Source: Burkholderiales bacterium
GTDB lineage: Bacteria > Pseudomonadota > Gammaproteobacteria > Burkholderiales > SG8-41
Direction: 5' to 3'
Length of the DNA stretch: 64,000 nucleotides
Assembly (NCBI GenBank): GCA_030684405.1
Contig: JAUXYA010000024.1
Location: 82,657-146,656 of the forward strand
Under the pieces are notes generated by a model that was given only the letters and a program-made list of their open reading frames with translations, was not told the origin of the DNA and searched no databases. Below, piece by piece: positions 46,509-57,400 of the stretch. Each line of letters opens with the position of its first letter. Positions within the stretch are counted from its first letter, which is position 1. A program made the translations under genes and the position numbers.

Positions 46509-49493
46509 TCAGGCGCGCGACACCCGGCACAGCAGCACCTTGAGGTTGGTCTGGTCCGATATCGGATCGCGCTGGGTCTTGTCGGTGAGAAAGTTCACCG
46601 GCCGCCAGGGATTGTAAGGTTGACGCTCGCCCCAGCCGATGGGAATGAACACGGCAGTCGGACGAATGCCCGCGTGTACCCAGGCCATGGCTTCGATTTG
46701 TCCGTGCGCCGATTCGACGCACACGCGTTCTCCATCCTTGATACCCAGCTGTGCCGCCTTCTCCGGATGAATCTGGCAATAGAGGTCAGGACACATTTCC
46801 TGCGACTGCCAGAAATAATGCGTCCAGCTGTGGAAATGCGCAGCCAGCGGCCGTCCGGTGACCAGTTCGGTGTCGAAGCCCAGGGCACGCAGCTTCGCGC
46901 CGGGATGTTCGGGACCGGGAGCAATGATTTTCCCACGCGCACTGCCGGTGTTCGGCGTACAGAAGGGTGAAATCACGCCCTCCTCGGCATCGGTCTCCTG
47001 CAGTTCCATGTACGGCAGATCAACCAATTGCTCTCGTTCCGAATAGAACTCCGGCAGCGCCGACATCCCCAGAGTGTTGAATTTGGCTTCGAGTTCTTCG
47101 GTCCAGAATTCGAGTTTCCCGGACAGCGTCGGAAAACGCCGGCCTGGTGCACCGGTCGGCACGGTCGTGCCTTCGAGGTAAAGGGTTTCGATCTCCGGCG
47201 CGTCCTCGGTTGCAACGGGGATCCGCACCCAGCGGTGCGGCACCGAATGCAGGCGTTTCTGGGTGCACCCCTTCATCGCCGGGCTGTCGATGCAGACCTC
47301 GTCCCAGAACACCGCCGGATCCTTGTATCTTTCCTTCAGCACATCGTCGAAACCGAAGCGCTTGCCGAGCTCGATCCAGATCCAGGTATCGGATTTCGCC
47401 TCGCCCGGCGGATCGATCATCTTGTCGATCCACACCACGCGGCGGTCGTCGTTGGAACGGCCAATCTCGCCTTTTTCAATGCCGCTTGCCGCCGGCAGCA
47501 GGTAATCAGCATAGGCCGAGGTCTCGTTTGCGAACAGCTCGATGTGCACCATCAGGTCGAGCGCGGCAAAGGCCTCGCGCGCCTTCGCCTGTCCCGGCCA
47601 CTGCGCCAGCGGATTGTTGCAGCTGATCAGCGCGCGGATCGGATAGGGTTTGCCGTGCAGCATCGCGTCGGTCCAGCCGGCGGGACTGCGCCGCACCCGT
47701 TGCTTGTTCAGTTTCGGCGCGCGGTGTTCCGGCACCTTCGCCGCGATCGGCGTGCCGGCGCTCATGTTGAAATAAGCACCGCCGCGACGGCCCCAGTTGC
47801 CGGTAATCGCGGCGAGGAACATCAGCACGCGGTTGGTCTGGGTGCTGTTGGTGTGCTGATTGATACCGCGACTGGCAAAGATCACGCAGCCGTCAGCTGC
47901 CGCAATCTCTTCCGCCAGCTGGCGAATGTCGTTCGCTGCGAGCCCGGTGATCGGCGCCGCCCACTCCGGCGTGTACTGTTTCTGCAGAATGAAGTCGCGC
48001 CACTGCTCGAAACCCAGCAACCAGTCGGAGCAGAACTGCGCGTCATGCAAGTTGTTGGCGAGGATGTGCTGGGCCAACGCCAGACCCAGCGCCATGTCAG
48101 TGCCGGGACGGATCGGCAGCCAGCGATCAGCCTTGGAGGCCGTCGCAGTCAGACGCGGGTCGACGGCAACCAGCTTCGCGCCGTTCTTCAGTCGCCAATC
48201 GTTGATCATGCCGAAGTACACCGGCCGCGTTTCGGCCTGGTTGTCGCCCATGTAGACGTAAAGCTCGGCGGAACCGAGGTCGTTTTCGGTATAGCTGTTG
48301 CCGCTGCCGATGCTGCCCAGCGTGATTTCGAAGGCGACATTCTTGCCGCTGGCGCAGAAGGGATCGGTGCCGTCCTTGTTCGGCGTGCCGAACATCTGGG
48401 CGAACATCTTGGTCGTCGCGCGGTAGTCGAGGATACCGGTGCGCGTGCCGATAAACATCGCCAGCGCTTCGGGACCGTACTGGTCGCGGATGACTTTCAG
48501 TTTCTCCGCGATCTCGTCCAGAGCCTGGTCCCAGGAAATGCGCTCGAAGCGGCCTTCGCCGCGCGCGCCGACGCGTTTCTGCGGATACAGCAGCCGGTGT
48601 TCGCTGTGATACATCTGCAGCGTCAGCTGCGACTTGGGGCAAACACGGCCCTTTAGCAGGGGATCGTCTTCATTCCCGGTGATTTTCACTAACTTATTGT
48701 TTTTAAAGTGAAATTTAACCGTGCAGCAGTTGAAGCAGATATTGCAGCCGCCAGGCACCACACGATCCGCAGCGGTGTCTGTGCGCTCTTCGCGATAAGG
48801 AAATGCCGGCTGCTGCGCCTGCACTGCAGTCTGCGCCGCAAGTCCGTCCATGAACGAGGGACGACGCGAATGATCCGGGTGCGCGCGCGCCGGTGTCACC
48901 GCGATCATCTCGCCCACCTTCTGCGTTGTGCTGCGTTCGAGGTAGATCGTCGCCGGCCCGAGCAGGAAATGATCCTGGTCGCGCGGCGTGCGGCCCGACT
49001 GTTGCGCGTCGGCCAGCAGTTCACTGCGTTTACCGAAACGAATCGCCTGCGTCGGACAGACACTGGCGCAGGCGGTGGTCTTTTCACCCTCTGCGCGGCG
49101 ATCGACACACAGATCACACTTCACCGCGTGGTGACCTTGCGCATCGAAACCCATCGCGCTATAGGGACAGGCGATCACACATTCGCCACAGCCGGTGCAG
49201 CGCGACTCGTCGACACGGACAATACCGGTGACCGGATCCTTGCCGATCGCCTTCGGGTTCACCGGACAGGCGCGCAGGCAGGCCGGTCGCTCGCAGTGCT
49301 GGCAGGTCAGCGTCAGGAAGGCGAGGCCCGCCTGCTCCAGCTCGCTCGCCCACACTACTTTGTTGCGATACTCGCCAGGGCCGAGACGGTGCTCGGTCTT
49401 GCAGGCCGCCTCGCAGCTCTTGCAGCCGGTGCAGCGCTCAAGGTCGATCAGCAGCGCCAGGCGCTCGGAGGGTCCGGTGTTCACGCCATCCAT
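46509..49493 (-). CDS. Fusion of a 4x[4Fe-4S] ferredoxin domain (N-terminal) and a molybdopterin (Mo/W-bisPGD) oxidoreductase catalytic domain
   Basis: Four CxxCxxCxxxC(P)-type motifs appear first (CTGCKSCEAAC, CQHCERPACLRACP, CTGCGECVIACP, CDLCVDR...CASVCP). The MopB FeS0 motif CNICFNCC...RVCPKS and a candidate Cys ligand region DPFCASGK follow. There is no Tat signal. The likely start is MDGVN at 49493. Confidence 0.88.
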   Translation of the reverse strand: MDGVNTGPSERLALLIDLERCTGCKSCEAACKTEHRLGPGEYRNKVVWASELEQAGLAFLTLTCQHCERPACLRACPVNPKAIGKDPVTGIVRVDESRCTGCGECVIACPYSAMGFDAQGHHAVKCDLCVDRRAEGEKTTACASVCPTQAIRFGKRSELLADAQQSGRTPRDQDHFLLGPATIYLERSTTQKVGEMIAVTPARAHPDHSRRPSFMDGLAAQTAVQAQQPAFPYREERTDTAADRVVPGGCNICFNCCTVKFHFKNNKLVKITGNEDDPLLKGRVCPKSQLTLQMYHSEHRLLYPQKRVGARGEGRFERISWDQALDEIAEKLKVIRDQYGPEALAMFIGTRTGILDYRATTKMFAQMFGTPNKDGTDPFCASGKNVAFEITLGSIGSGNSYTENDLGSAELYVYMGDNQAETRPVYFGMINDWRLKNGAKLVAVDPRLTATASKADRWLPIRPGTDMALGLALAQHILANNLHDAQFCSDWLLGFEQWRDFILQKQYTPEWAAPITGLAANDIRQLAEEIAAADGCVIFASRGINQHTNSTQTNRVLMFLAAITGNWGRRGGAYFNMSAGTPIAAKVPEHRAPKLNKQRVRRSPAGWTDAMLHGKPYPIRALISCNNPLAQWPGQAKAREAFAALDLMVHIELFANETSAYADYLLPAASGIEKGEIGRSNDDRRVVWIDKMIDPPGEAKSDTWIWIELGKRFGFDDVLKERYKDPAVFWDEVCIDSPAMKGCTQKRLHSVPHRWVRIPVATEDAPEIETLYLEGTTVPTGAPGRRFPTLSGKLEFWTEELEAKFNTLGMSALPEFYSEREQLVDLPYMELQETDAEEGVISPFCTPNTGSARGKIIAPGPEHPGAKLRALGFDTELVTGRPLAAHFHSWTHYFWQSQEMCPDLYCQIHPEKAAQLGIKDGERVCVESAHGQIEAMAWVHAGIRPTAVFIPIGWGERQPYNPWRPVNFLTDKTQRDPISDQTNLKVLLCRVSRA
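48689..48711 (-). repeat. AT-rich 23-nt motif, copy 6 (minus strand: tcactttAAAAACAAtaagttag)
   Basis: Lies inside the molybdoenzyme gene, where it encodes KFHFKNNKLVK using the codons AAA, TTT, AAT and TTA. Confidence 0.75.
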
Positions 49494-49494
49494 T

Positions 49495-50274
49495 TCAGCC
49501 TCCCCAGGCCGTGATATGCCACCAGGTGATCGGTGCGCCGTCGGCAACATAGCCGGCGAAGAAAGTGACGGTGATCACGTGGATCACCACACCAAGCACG
49601 AAAATCCACGCCAGTGCCATGTGCAGCGGGCGCCACCAAGCCTGCTGTGCGGAGACCGCAGCACGTGTACCGAGCAGTATTGATTCTTCCCGTGCCAGGC
49701 GCCGGTAGGCCAGCGCCAGCCGCGGCGCGCGCAGGAAATGCGGCAGGTTCACCGAAAACGTGGCCTCGCTCGCCCGCGGGTCGAGTTGCGCCAGCAGAGC
49801 ACGTTTCTCCGAAATCAGCGCGCGCAAGCGTTCACGCGTCGCGGCGTCGGGAACCATGAATCGAGGGGCCTTGGAAGCGAAGGTCGCCGCCATGCGTCGC
49901 GAACCGCGCACCCGCGCCCAGATCCCGAGCGCGGCCAGTACAAGCAACGTGAGCAACAGCAGCGCGGGGGGGCGGCGCAGGAATCCGCCGGAGTGGATTG
50001 CAATCAGCACCATGCCGGCGAGCGAACAGGCCACATGTGCATTGAACCAGCCCACCGGATTACTGCCACTGCCGCCACGCTTGGCCAGCACGAAAGCCAC
50101 CGGCACCAGCAGCAGCAGCACGCCAGCGATGCCGACCAGGTAGAGCTCCGGGCTGCCCGGCGTGTGCCAGGCTTCAGGCAGGCCGCCGCGCAGCAAAAAC
50201 CAGGCGAAGGTGGCAATGACCGCCGCTGCAGTCAGCTGCAGCAGCCGGGCGTCGGGAATGTCGGGGCGTTGCAC
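49495..50274 (-). CDS. Membrane protein with two H-x13-H helices (putative di-haem cytochrome b)
   Basis: About five TM helices. HVACSLAGMVLIAIH and HMALAWIFVLGVVIH each carry two His residues 14 positions apart. Its stop lies 1 nt before the molybdoenzyme ATG. It uses a GTG start. Confidence 0.55.
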   Translation of the reverse strand: MQRPDIPDARLLQLTAAAVIATFAWFLLRGGLPEAWHTPGSPELYLVGIAGVLLLLVPVAFVLAKRGGSGSNPVGWFNAHVACSLAGMVLIAIHSGGFLRRPPALLLLTLLVLAALGIWARVRGSRRMAATFASKAPRFMVPDAATRERLRALISEKRALLAQLDPRASEATFSVNLPHFLRAPRLALAYRRLAREESILLGTRAAVSAQQAWWRPLHMALAWIFVLGVVIHVITVTFFAGYVADGAPITWWHITAWGG

Positions 50275-50291
50275 TGGGTGAAGGAATGAGA

Positions 50292-50305
50292 TTGGTGATG
50301 AACAA
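50292..50305. promoter_or_regulatory. Weak FNR/CRP-family-like palindrome TTGGT-gatg-AACAA
   Basis: It matches 8 of 10 half-site positions of TTGAT-N4-ATCAA. It lies only ~24 nt upstream of the annotated GTG start, so the geometry is doubtful. Confidence 0.25.
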
Positions 50306-50384
50306 ATTCATTCTAGCACCGGCCGCGCCGCGAACTCGCGTCCGAATCCATATCGTAGGCACCCCGCTGGCGCCTGCGGCAGGC

Positions 50385-53084
50385 TCAGTCCTGCAGCGCC
50401 AGCGTCACCCGTTTCACCAGCGGATCGTCGGCGCTTTCGGAAACGACAAAGCCGAGGCCCTGGCACAACTTGAGCATGCCGCGGTTGTTGCCGAACACAT
50501 GGCCGATCATGGTCTGTAGCCCGCGTGCGCGCGCCACCTCGATCAGCTGGGTCATCATGCGTCGGCCCAACCCGCGCTGCTGCCAGTCATCGGACACCAC
50601 GATCGCATACTCGCAGCTCTCGCCGTCGGGGTTGGTGACGTAGCGGCAGACGCCGACTTCGGTCTCGCGCCCCTCGCGCTTTACGGTGGCGATGAAGGCC
50701 ATCTCGCGGTCGTAGTCGATCTGGGTGAAGCGGGCGAGCATCTGCGGCGTCAATTCGCGCAGCGTGTCCATGAAGCGGAAGCGGCGGCTCTCGGGCGACA
50801 GCCCGCGCACGAATTCCTGCTCGATTTCCGCATCCTCGGGGCGGATCGGCCGCAGCGTCACCGATTCCCCGTCCGACTCCCAGGTCTCCACCAGTTCGGC
50901 CGGATAGGGATGGATCGCCATGTGGCCATAACGCCCGCGCACCGGTACATAATCAGCGATGATCACGCGGGCATCGACAACGATTGCGCCCTGCTCATCG
51001 ACGATCAGCGGATTGATGTCGAGTTCGACAATCCACGGCAGCTCGCAGACCATTTCAGAAACCCGCAGCAGTACCGACTCCAGCGCGTCCATGTTCGCCG
51101 CAGGCATGCGCCGGAAAGGCCCCAGCAGCTTTGCGACCCGGGTGCCGCGGATCAGCTCCGCGACCAGGAAACTGTTGAGCGGCGGCAGCGCCACCGCTCG
51201 GTCCCTGTGCACTTCGATCGCGATACCGCCGCTGCCGAAGGCGATCGCCGGTCCGAACACCGGGTCCCGCAGCACGCCAACCATCAACTCGCGTCCGTTC
51301 GAACGTCTGACCATCGGCTCGATGACGGCGCCGCTGATACGCGCCTGCGGCTTGACGCGAGCAGCCTGTGCAATGACCTGTGCAAACCCTGCCCGCACTG
51401 CTGCGGCATCACGCAGGTTCAGCAGCACGCCGCCGACGTCGGTCTTGTGCGTGATGTCCGGCGAGTCGATTTTCAGTACGACCGGATAGCCGATACGCCC
51501 GGCCTCGGCCACGGCCGCATCGGCGTCGGCGACAGCGACGGTTTCCGCCACCGGGATGCCGAAGGCCGCAAGCACGTCCTTTGATTCGATTTCGGTGAGT
51601 ACCGTGCGCTTGCCGGCGAGCGCGGCATCAATGATGCGGCGCGCGGCGGCAACATCCGGCGAGGAATGCGCCGCCAGCGGCCCGGGCGTCTGCAGCAGTG
51701 TCTGCTGGTTGCGATAGAAGGAGGACAGGTGGCCGAACATTTCGACCGCCGGATCCGGCGTGCGGAACACCGGGATGCCGGCGCCCGCAAAATGCTTGCG
51801 CGCGGCGACCACGCTCGCCTCACCCATCCAGCAGGCCAGCACCGGCTTCGAGCGCCCGCGCGCGGCGGTGATCACCGCATCCGCGATCTTTGCCGGTTCG
51901 GTCATCGCCTGCGGGGTCAGGATCACCAGCGCGCCGTCGACCTGTTCGTCGTCAAGGCAGGCCGTGACCGCAGCGCTGTAGCGCGCAGCATCGGCATCGC
52001 CGATCAGGTCAGCCGGATTGCCGTGAGACCAGTTGGCAGGCAGCGCATCCTGGAGAACATCTATGGTCTGCTGCGACAGTGCGGCCAGCGGAATCCCGAG
52101 GTCGGCCGCGCGATCCGCCGCCATCACGCCTGGCCCGCCCCCATTGGTGATGATCGCCAGCCGCTCGCCGCGGGGCCGCACATGCGCAGTCAGTGCTTGC
52201 GCCGCCGCAACCAGCTGGCCGATGGTGGTGACGCGCACCGCGCCCGCGCGACGCACCACCGCGTCGAACACGTCGTCGGCACCAACAATGGCCCCGGTAT
52301 GCGACACTGCAGCACGCGATCCGACAGGATGTCGTCCGACCTTGATCAGAATCACCGGCTTGATGCGCGCCGCGGCGCGCAGACTTGAGAAAAAGCGTCG
52401 CGCATCGCGCACGCCCTCGATGTAGAGCAGGATATGTTCGGTCTTCGGGTCGTGGATCAGGTAATCGATGATTTCGCCAAAATCGATGTCGCGTGAGCCG
52501 CCCATCGAGATCACACTGGAAAAACCGACCTTGTTGGGCAGTGCCCAGTCGAGCATGGCCGTGCACACGGCCCCCGACTGCGATACCAGGCCCAGCCCGC
52601 CGGGAAGACCGTTGCCGCGCGCGAAAGTCGCATTGAGCCCGATGCCGGGCCGCATGATGCCGAGGCAGTTGGGTCCGATCACGCGCACGCCGTGCCGCCG
52701 CGCGTTGTCGAGCGCCGCGCGCTCCAGCCGCGCCCCCGCCTCGCCAGTTTCGGAAAATCCCGCGGTGATGATCACCACCGCGCGCACGCCGGCCAGGCCG
52801 CATTCGGCCATCAGTTGCGGCACGGTATGCGGTGGGGTGGCAATCACCGCCAGGTCAACACGCTGCGGGACCTCACCGATCGACGGATAACAGGGCACGC
52901 CGTTGATGCTGCGATGCTTCGGATTCACCGCGAACAGCGCGCCGCGGTAATGCGCGGCACGCATGTTTTCCACCAGCACCGTTCCGATGGCACCAGCACG
53001 TTCGGTCGCGCCGATAATCGCCACCGAGGCGGGTTCAAACAGCGGGGTCAGGTAATGGCGGTCGGGTAACGCAGCGGGTGTCAT
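50385..53084 (-). CDS. Pat-like protein: ADP-forming acyl-CoA synthetase-like domains (CoA-binding, ATP-grasp) fused to a C-terminal GNAT acetyltransferase
   Basis: It has LFEPASVAIIGATERAG (CoA-binding), succinyl-CoA-synthetase-like and ATP-grasp regions, and a C-terminal GNAT motif QQRGLGRRMM. The likely ATG is at 53084. Confidence 0.88.
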   Translation of the reverse strand: MTPAALPDRHYLTPLFEPASVAIIGATERAGAIGTVLVENMRAAHYRGALFAVNPKHRSINGVPCYPSIGEVPQRVDLAVIATPPHTVPQLMAECGLAGVRAVVIITAGFSETGEAGARLERAALDNARRHGVRVIGPNCLGIMRPGIGLNATFARGNGLPGGLGLVSQSGAVCTAMLDWALPNKVGFSSVISMGGSRDIDFGEIIDYLIHDPKTEHILLYIEGVRDARRFFSSLRAAARIKPVILIKVGRHPVGSRAAVSHTGAIVGADDVFDAVVRRAGAVRVTTIGQLVAAAQALTAHVRPRGERLAIITNGGGPGVMAADRAADLGIPLAALSQQTIDVLQDALPANWSHGNPADLIGDADAARYSAAVTACLDDEQVDGALVILTPQAMTEPAKIADAVITAARGRSKPVLACWMGEASVVAARKHFAGAGIPVFRTPDPAVEMFGHLSSFYRNQQTLLQTPGPLAAHSSPDVAAARRIIDAALAGKRTVLTEIESKDVLAAFGIPVAETVAVADADAAVAEAGRIGYPVVLKIDSPDITHKTDVGGVLLNLRDAAAVRAGFAQVIAQAARVKPQARISGAVIEPMVRRSNGRELMVGVLRDPVFGPAIAFGSGGIAIEVHRDRAVALPPLNSFLVAELIRGTRVAKLLGPFRRMPAANMDALESVLLRVSEMVCELPWIVELDINPLIVDEQGAIVVDARVIIADYVPVRGRYGHMAIHPYPAELVETWESDGESVTLRPIRPEDAEIEQEFVRGLSPESRRFRFMDTLRELTPQMLARFTQIDYDREMAFIATVKREGRETEVGVCRYVTNPDGESCEYAIVVSDDWQQRGLGRRMMTQLIEVARARGLQTMIGHVFGNNRGMLKLCQGLGFVVSESADDPLVKRVTLALQD

Positions 53085-53256
53085 GATCTGCAAGCTTCCT
53101 GGAGAACGGGTTCGGGACGTGGTGTCAGGGAAAGAGGAAAGGGAAAAGGGGACAGGGGGCAATGGCAAACCGGGCATCAGGCCGGTGCAGTATAAAATAC
53201 AGGTCAACTGATTCTATCGCCAACCCCTAACCAAACCGTTCCCAGACCGCAAGACC

Positions 53257-53460
53257 GTGATTTCCGTGATCATCAATGGCGAGCCACGCAGCTTCGACCA
53301 CGCGCTGAGCTGCGGCGAGCTGATCGGCGAGCTCGGCCTCGCCGGCAAGCGCATCGCCATGGAGCGCAACGGCGAGATCGTTCCGCGTAGTCAGTATGGC
53401 CTGTGTACATTGCAGGACGGTGACTGCCTGGAAATCGTCGCTGCGGTGGGTGGTGGCTGA
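53257..53460 (+). CDS. thiS: Sulfur carrier protein ThiS
   Basis: 67 aa ending in VGGG, with a GTG start, directly upstream of thiG. Confidence 0.9.
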   Translation: MISVIINGEPRSFDHALSCGELIGELGLAGKRIAMERNGEIVPRSQYGLCTLQDGDCLEIVAAVGGG

Positions 53461-53551
53461 ATGCCCCTGAATACTCCTGAAGCAGCTGTTGCCGCCGGCA
53501 TCGGCGGCGTCCACAATCCAGCCCTCAATCCCACCTCACCAGAAACTCGCC

Positions 53552-54355
53552 ATGAATGCCATTGAAAATCCTGATCCGCTGATCATCGGCGGACAGAGCT
53601 TCCACTCCCGGCTGCTGATTGGCACCGGGAAGTACCGCGATTTCACCGAAACCCGCGCCGCCATCGATGCCAGCGGCGCGCAGATCGTCACCGTCGCCAT
53701 CCGCCGCACCAACATCGGGCAGAACGCCGGCGAGCCCAGCCTGCTCGATGCAGTGCCGGCATCCCGCTTCACGATGCTGCCCAATACCGCAGGCTGCTAC
53801 ACCGCGGACGATGCGGTGCGCACGCTGCGCCTGGCACGCGAGCTGCTCGACGGGCACGACCTGGTCAAGCTGGAAGTGCTGGGCGACCCGAAAACCCTCT
53901 ACCCGAACGTGGTCGAGACGCTCGTTGCCGCGAAAACCCTGGTCAAAGACGGTTTTCGCGTGATGGTTTACACCTCCGACGACCCCATCGTCGCGAAGCA
54001 GCTGGAAGACATCGGCTGCGTGGCAGTGATGCCGCTCGCTTCACTGATCGGCTCCGGCATGGGCATCCTCAATCCCTGGAATCTGCAGATCATCATCGAG
54101 AATGCAAAGGTGCCGGTGGTTGTCGATGCCGGCGTCGGCACCGCCTCCGACGCCGCGATCGCGATGGAGCTGGGCTGCGATGCCGTGCTGATGAACACCG
54201 CGATCGCGGCGGCGCGCGACCCGGTGTTGATGGCGCGGGCGATGAAACAGGCTGTCACTGCGGGACGCGATGCCTGGCGCGCCGGACGGATGCCGAAAAA
54301 ACTCTACTCCGCCGCCCCCAGCTCGCCGACCGCCGGCCTGATCGGGAAGGCCTGA
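53552..54355 (+). CDS. thiG: Thiazole synthase
   Basis: It has [17 protein letters not shown] and [13 protein letters not shown]. Confidence 0.95.
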   Translation: MNAIENPDPLIIGGQSFHSRLLIGTGKYRDFTETRAAIDASGAQIVTVAIRRTNIGQNAGEPSLLDAVPASRFTMLPNTAGCYTADDAVRTLRLARELLDGHDLVKLEVLGDPKTLYPNVVETLVAAKTLVKDGFRVMVYTSDDPIVAKQLEDIGCVAVMPLASLIGSGMGILNPWNLQIIIENAKVPVVVDAGVGTASDAAIAMELGCDAVLMNTAIAAARDPVLMARAMKQAVTAGRDAWRAGRMPKKLYSAAPSSPTAGLIGKA

Positions 54356-54472
54356 TCGGCACTCGGCCGTCGCCGGGTCGCGGAACCCAAATACCCCCGA
54401 AAATCCCCCCTTAATCCGGGTTTAAGCGGCGCGCCCCTCTCTGCACAATCCCGCTAACGCCCTACAAGGGCA

Positions 54473-57400
54473 TTGGGGGACATTCCCGTGAACGCTCGCG
54501 CAGCCATTGATTCCGCAAACGCCGCACCGACCGAATCCACAGACGAAGGACCGGGACCGCAGTTACGCGTCATCAAGGAAGCCCTGGCGCGCAGCCAGGC
54601 CGAATACCACACCCGACTCGAAGCGGAGTCCCGCATCGCTTGGGAAACCCGTGGACACGCACAGGCCGAAGCCCGCCTGCAGGCAGAAATCAACGCACGC
54701 GAGGCCGCGCAGGCTCGTGCTGCTGCCGATGAACAGGCGGCTCTTGAGGCAGACCAGCGCCGCGCCACGGAACAGGAAGCCCTGACCCGCGCCGAAGCCC
54801 GTCGCGCCGCAGAGGCTGCAGCCGCCCATGAGGCTGCCGAACGGCTGGCGCTGGAAGAACAGCGCGCCAGCGCGGCCCGGGCCACCCTGCGCAGGGAGCA
54901 AGAAGCCCGCCGCGCCACTCTCGCCAAAACCGAACTTGAAGCGGCCGCTCATCGCCGTGCCGAAGAGGACAGCCGGCTGATCAATGAACTGCTTGCCGGC
55001 CTGCGCACTGCGGAAGCAGCGCGGGCGGCCGAACACGCCCGCTCCGAAGCCATGACGCGCGCGCGGCTGGCCGCGGAAACTGCAGCCGCTGCGGAAGCGC
55101 GCGCCCGCGCCGCCGCAGAGTCACGTGCCGAAGAGGAGGCACGCGCCAGGTCTGACGCTGAAACACGCGCCCGTGAACTCGCTGCGGAGCGTGCCGAAAC
55201 CGATGCACGCCTGCGCTTCCTCGCAGAGACCCGGATCGAGGCCGACGCCGCCTGCGCCGCCGAAGCAGAGGCACGCGCGAAAGCAGAACAGGCAGCACTC
55301 TCTGAAGCGCAGGCGCGCAACACCGCCGAAGCCCGGGCCCGTGCAGCCGCGGAAGCACGCAGCCGCATCGACCAGGAGCTCGCCGCCGCGGCACGCGCCA
55401 AGGCCGAGGAAGAACGCCTGTGCATGGTGGAAACCGAAGCGCGTGCAACGCTGATTGAGCGCGAGCGCGCCGAAATCGCCGCCCGCCGCAACGCGCAGCA
55501 GCGGGAGCAGCAGGCCATCGCTGCACGCCTTGCCGCCGAGGAGGAGTTTCGGCGGATCACGCAGGAACGCGCGGATGCGGAACTCGCGGCGCAGGAACAG
55601 TCCGAGGCGCGCGTACGCGCCGAAAGCCGGGCTTCCCAAGCCGCGCGGACACGCGCCGGGGCCGATGCGGCGGCGGCAACAGCCGCCGAGGCACGGCATG
55701 CCGCAGAAAACGAGGCGGCAAGGCTTGCCGAAGCGCGCGCCGAACTGGATCGCCTGACCGCGGAAGTCACCGCATCACGCAACGAGGCGCTGGCCCGCAC
55801 CGCGGCTGCCGCCGAGGCCCGGCTCGCAGCGGAGGCCGAAGCCCGCGCCGAAGCGGAAGCGCGAGCGGCAATGGACATCGAAGCCGAACGCGCGGCGCAG
55901 GCGGCCGCCCATGCCGACCGTCTCGCGCAGCAGGCCGCACTCGCGCTGCAACAGGCCGCGGTCGCCGCCGAGGGGGCAGCGCGGCTGCGTGCTACGGAAG
56001 AACACCAGGCCACGCTCGCCGAGGAAGCGCGTGAGCGTGCCGAACGAAAAGCCGCAGACGAGGCGACGGCACGGCGTGTTGCAGAGGAACAGGCCCACGC
56101 TGATGCGGAACGCCGCGCAGCACTGGATGCGGCCGCAAGACAGGAAGCGGAAATCCGCGACCAGGCGGAAAAGGCCGCGCAGCAGGCGGCCCACGAACGC
56201 ATCGCCGCTGAGCAGCAGGCACGCAACTCGGCCGAACTGCGAGCGCGTCGCGAAGCCGAGCGTTGCGCTGCCGCACTGGTGCGTGCGGATGCCGAGCGCA
56301 AAGCGAGCGAGCAGCTTGCCACCGAAACCCGGCTGGACGCCGCTGCGGCTGCAGCGGCACGCGAACATGCCGAACGCCTGGAGGCCGCTGCAGAGGCGCT
56401 GGCAGAACGCGAAGCTGCGGAACGGCAGGCTACTGAAGCCGCACGCGCGCGCGCAGCCCGCGAATCGGAACTGGCGGCAACTGCACAGGAAAAAATGCGG
56501 ACGGAACAGGCACTGGCCAAAACTCTTGCCGCCCGCCTGGAAAACGAAGCTGCGGCAAACCGCGCTGCGGACGAACGGCGGCGCGTCGAAGCCGGGGCTG
56601 CGAAAGCAGCAGCGGACCGGGCCGCGGCAGAAAAACAGTGTGCTCAAAACGCGCTGGAGCGCAGTGATGCGGACAGTCTGGCCGCCGAGCAGGCGCGCGA
56701 GGCCGCGGTTGCCGAAGCAGCGGCCGGCCGGGCCGCGCACGAGCGGATAGCGGCGGAGGCCGCCGTACTTGCGGCGACCCGGCAACGGCAGCAGGCCGAG
56801 ACCGATGCCGCGGACGCCGCAGGCCGGCGCGTCGAAGCGGAACAGGCACTGACGGAGCAATGCGCCGCAGCCGCTGCTGCGGCCCGCGCGGCCACCCACA
56901 AAAGACAAACCGGGCAGCAGCGCACCCGCGCCGCATCCATCGCCCGCCGTTATGCGGAGCAGGCGCTGGCAGAAGCACAGTCACGGCTCGCCGCCGCCGA
57001 TCTTGCGGCCGCAACCGCGGCACGCCGCAAGGAAATGGCAGTGCAGGAGCAGTCCCGTCTGGCGGAGACCGCGCGGATCGCCGCGGAACAGGCGGCGGCA
57101 GATGCAGAGACAGCCCAGAAGCTGGCGGGAGAATCACGTGCCGCTGCCGCAGAGCAGCAGGCCGCAGCCGCGGCACGGCTTGCAGCCGAACGTTCGGCCG
57201 TGGCGGCACTGCGCGAACGCGCTGCAGCCGATGCGCGCCGTGCGGCGGCTGCAGCCGAACTCGCGGCGGCGGCCCAGGCACGTCAGGCCGTGCTGGCGGA
57301 AGAAGCAGCCCTGCTCGAAACACTGGGTGCAAGGGAGAGCGCCGTCGTCATCGCCACGGCCGATGCCAATTCGGCACGACAGGCGCGGTTGCTCGCCGAA

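Noticed and set aside
53085-53256. A TPP (THI-box) riboswitch upstream of thiS-thiG.
   Set aside because: I could not find the conserved CUGAGA / ACCUGAUCUGGAUAAUGCCAGCG-type elements. The region instead holds a purine-rich tract that is the leader of the divergent Pat-like gene. A covariance-model scan would be the decisive test.
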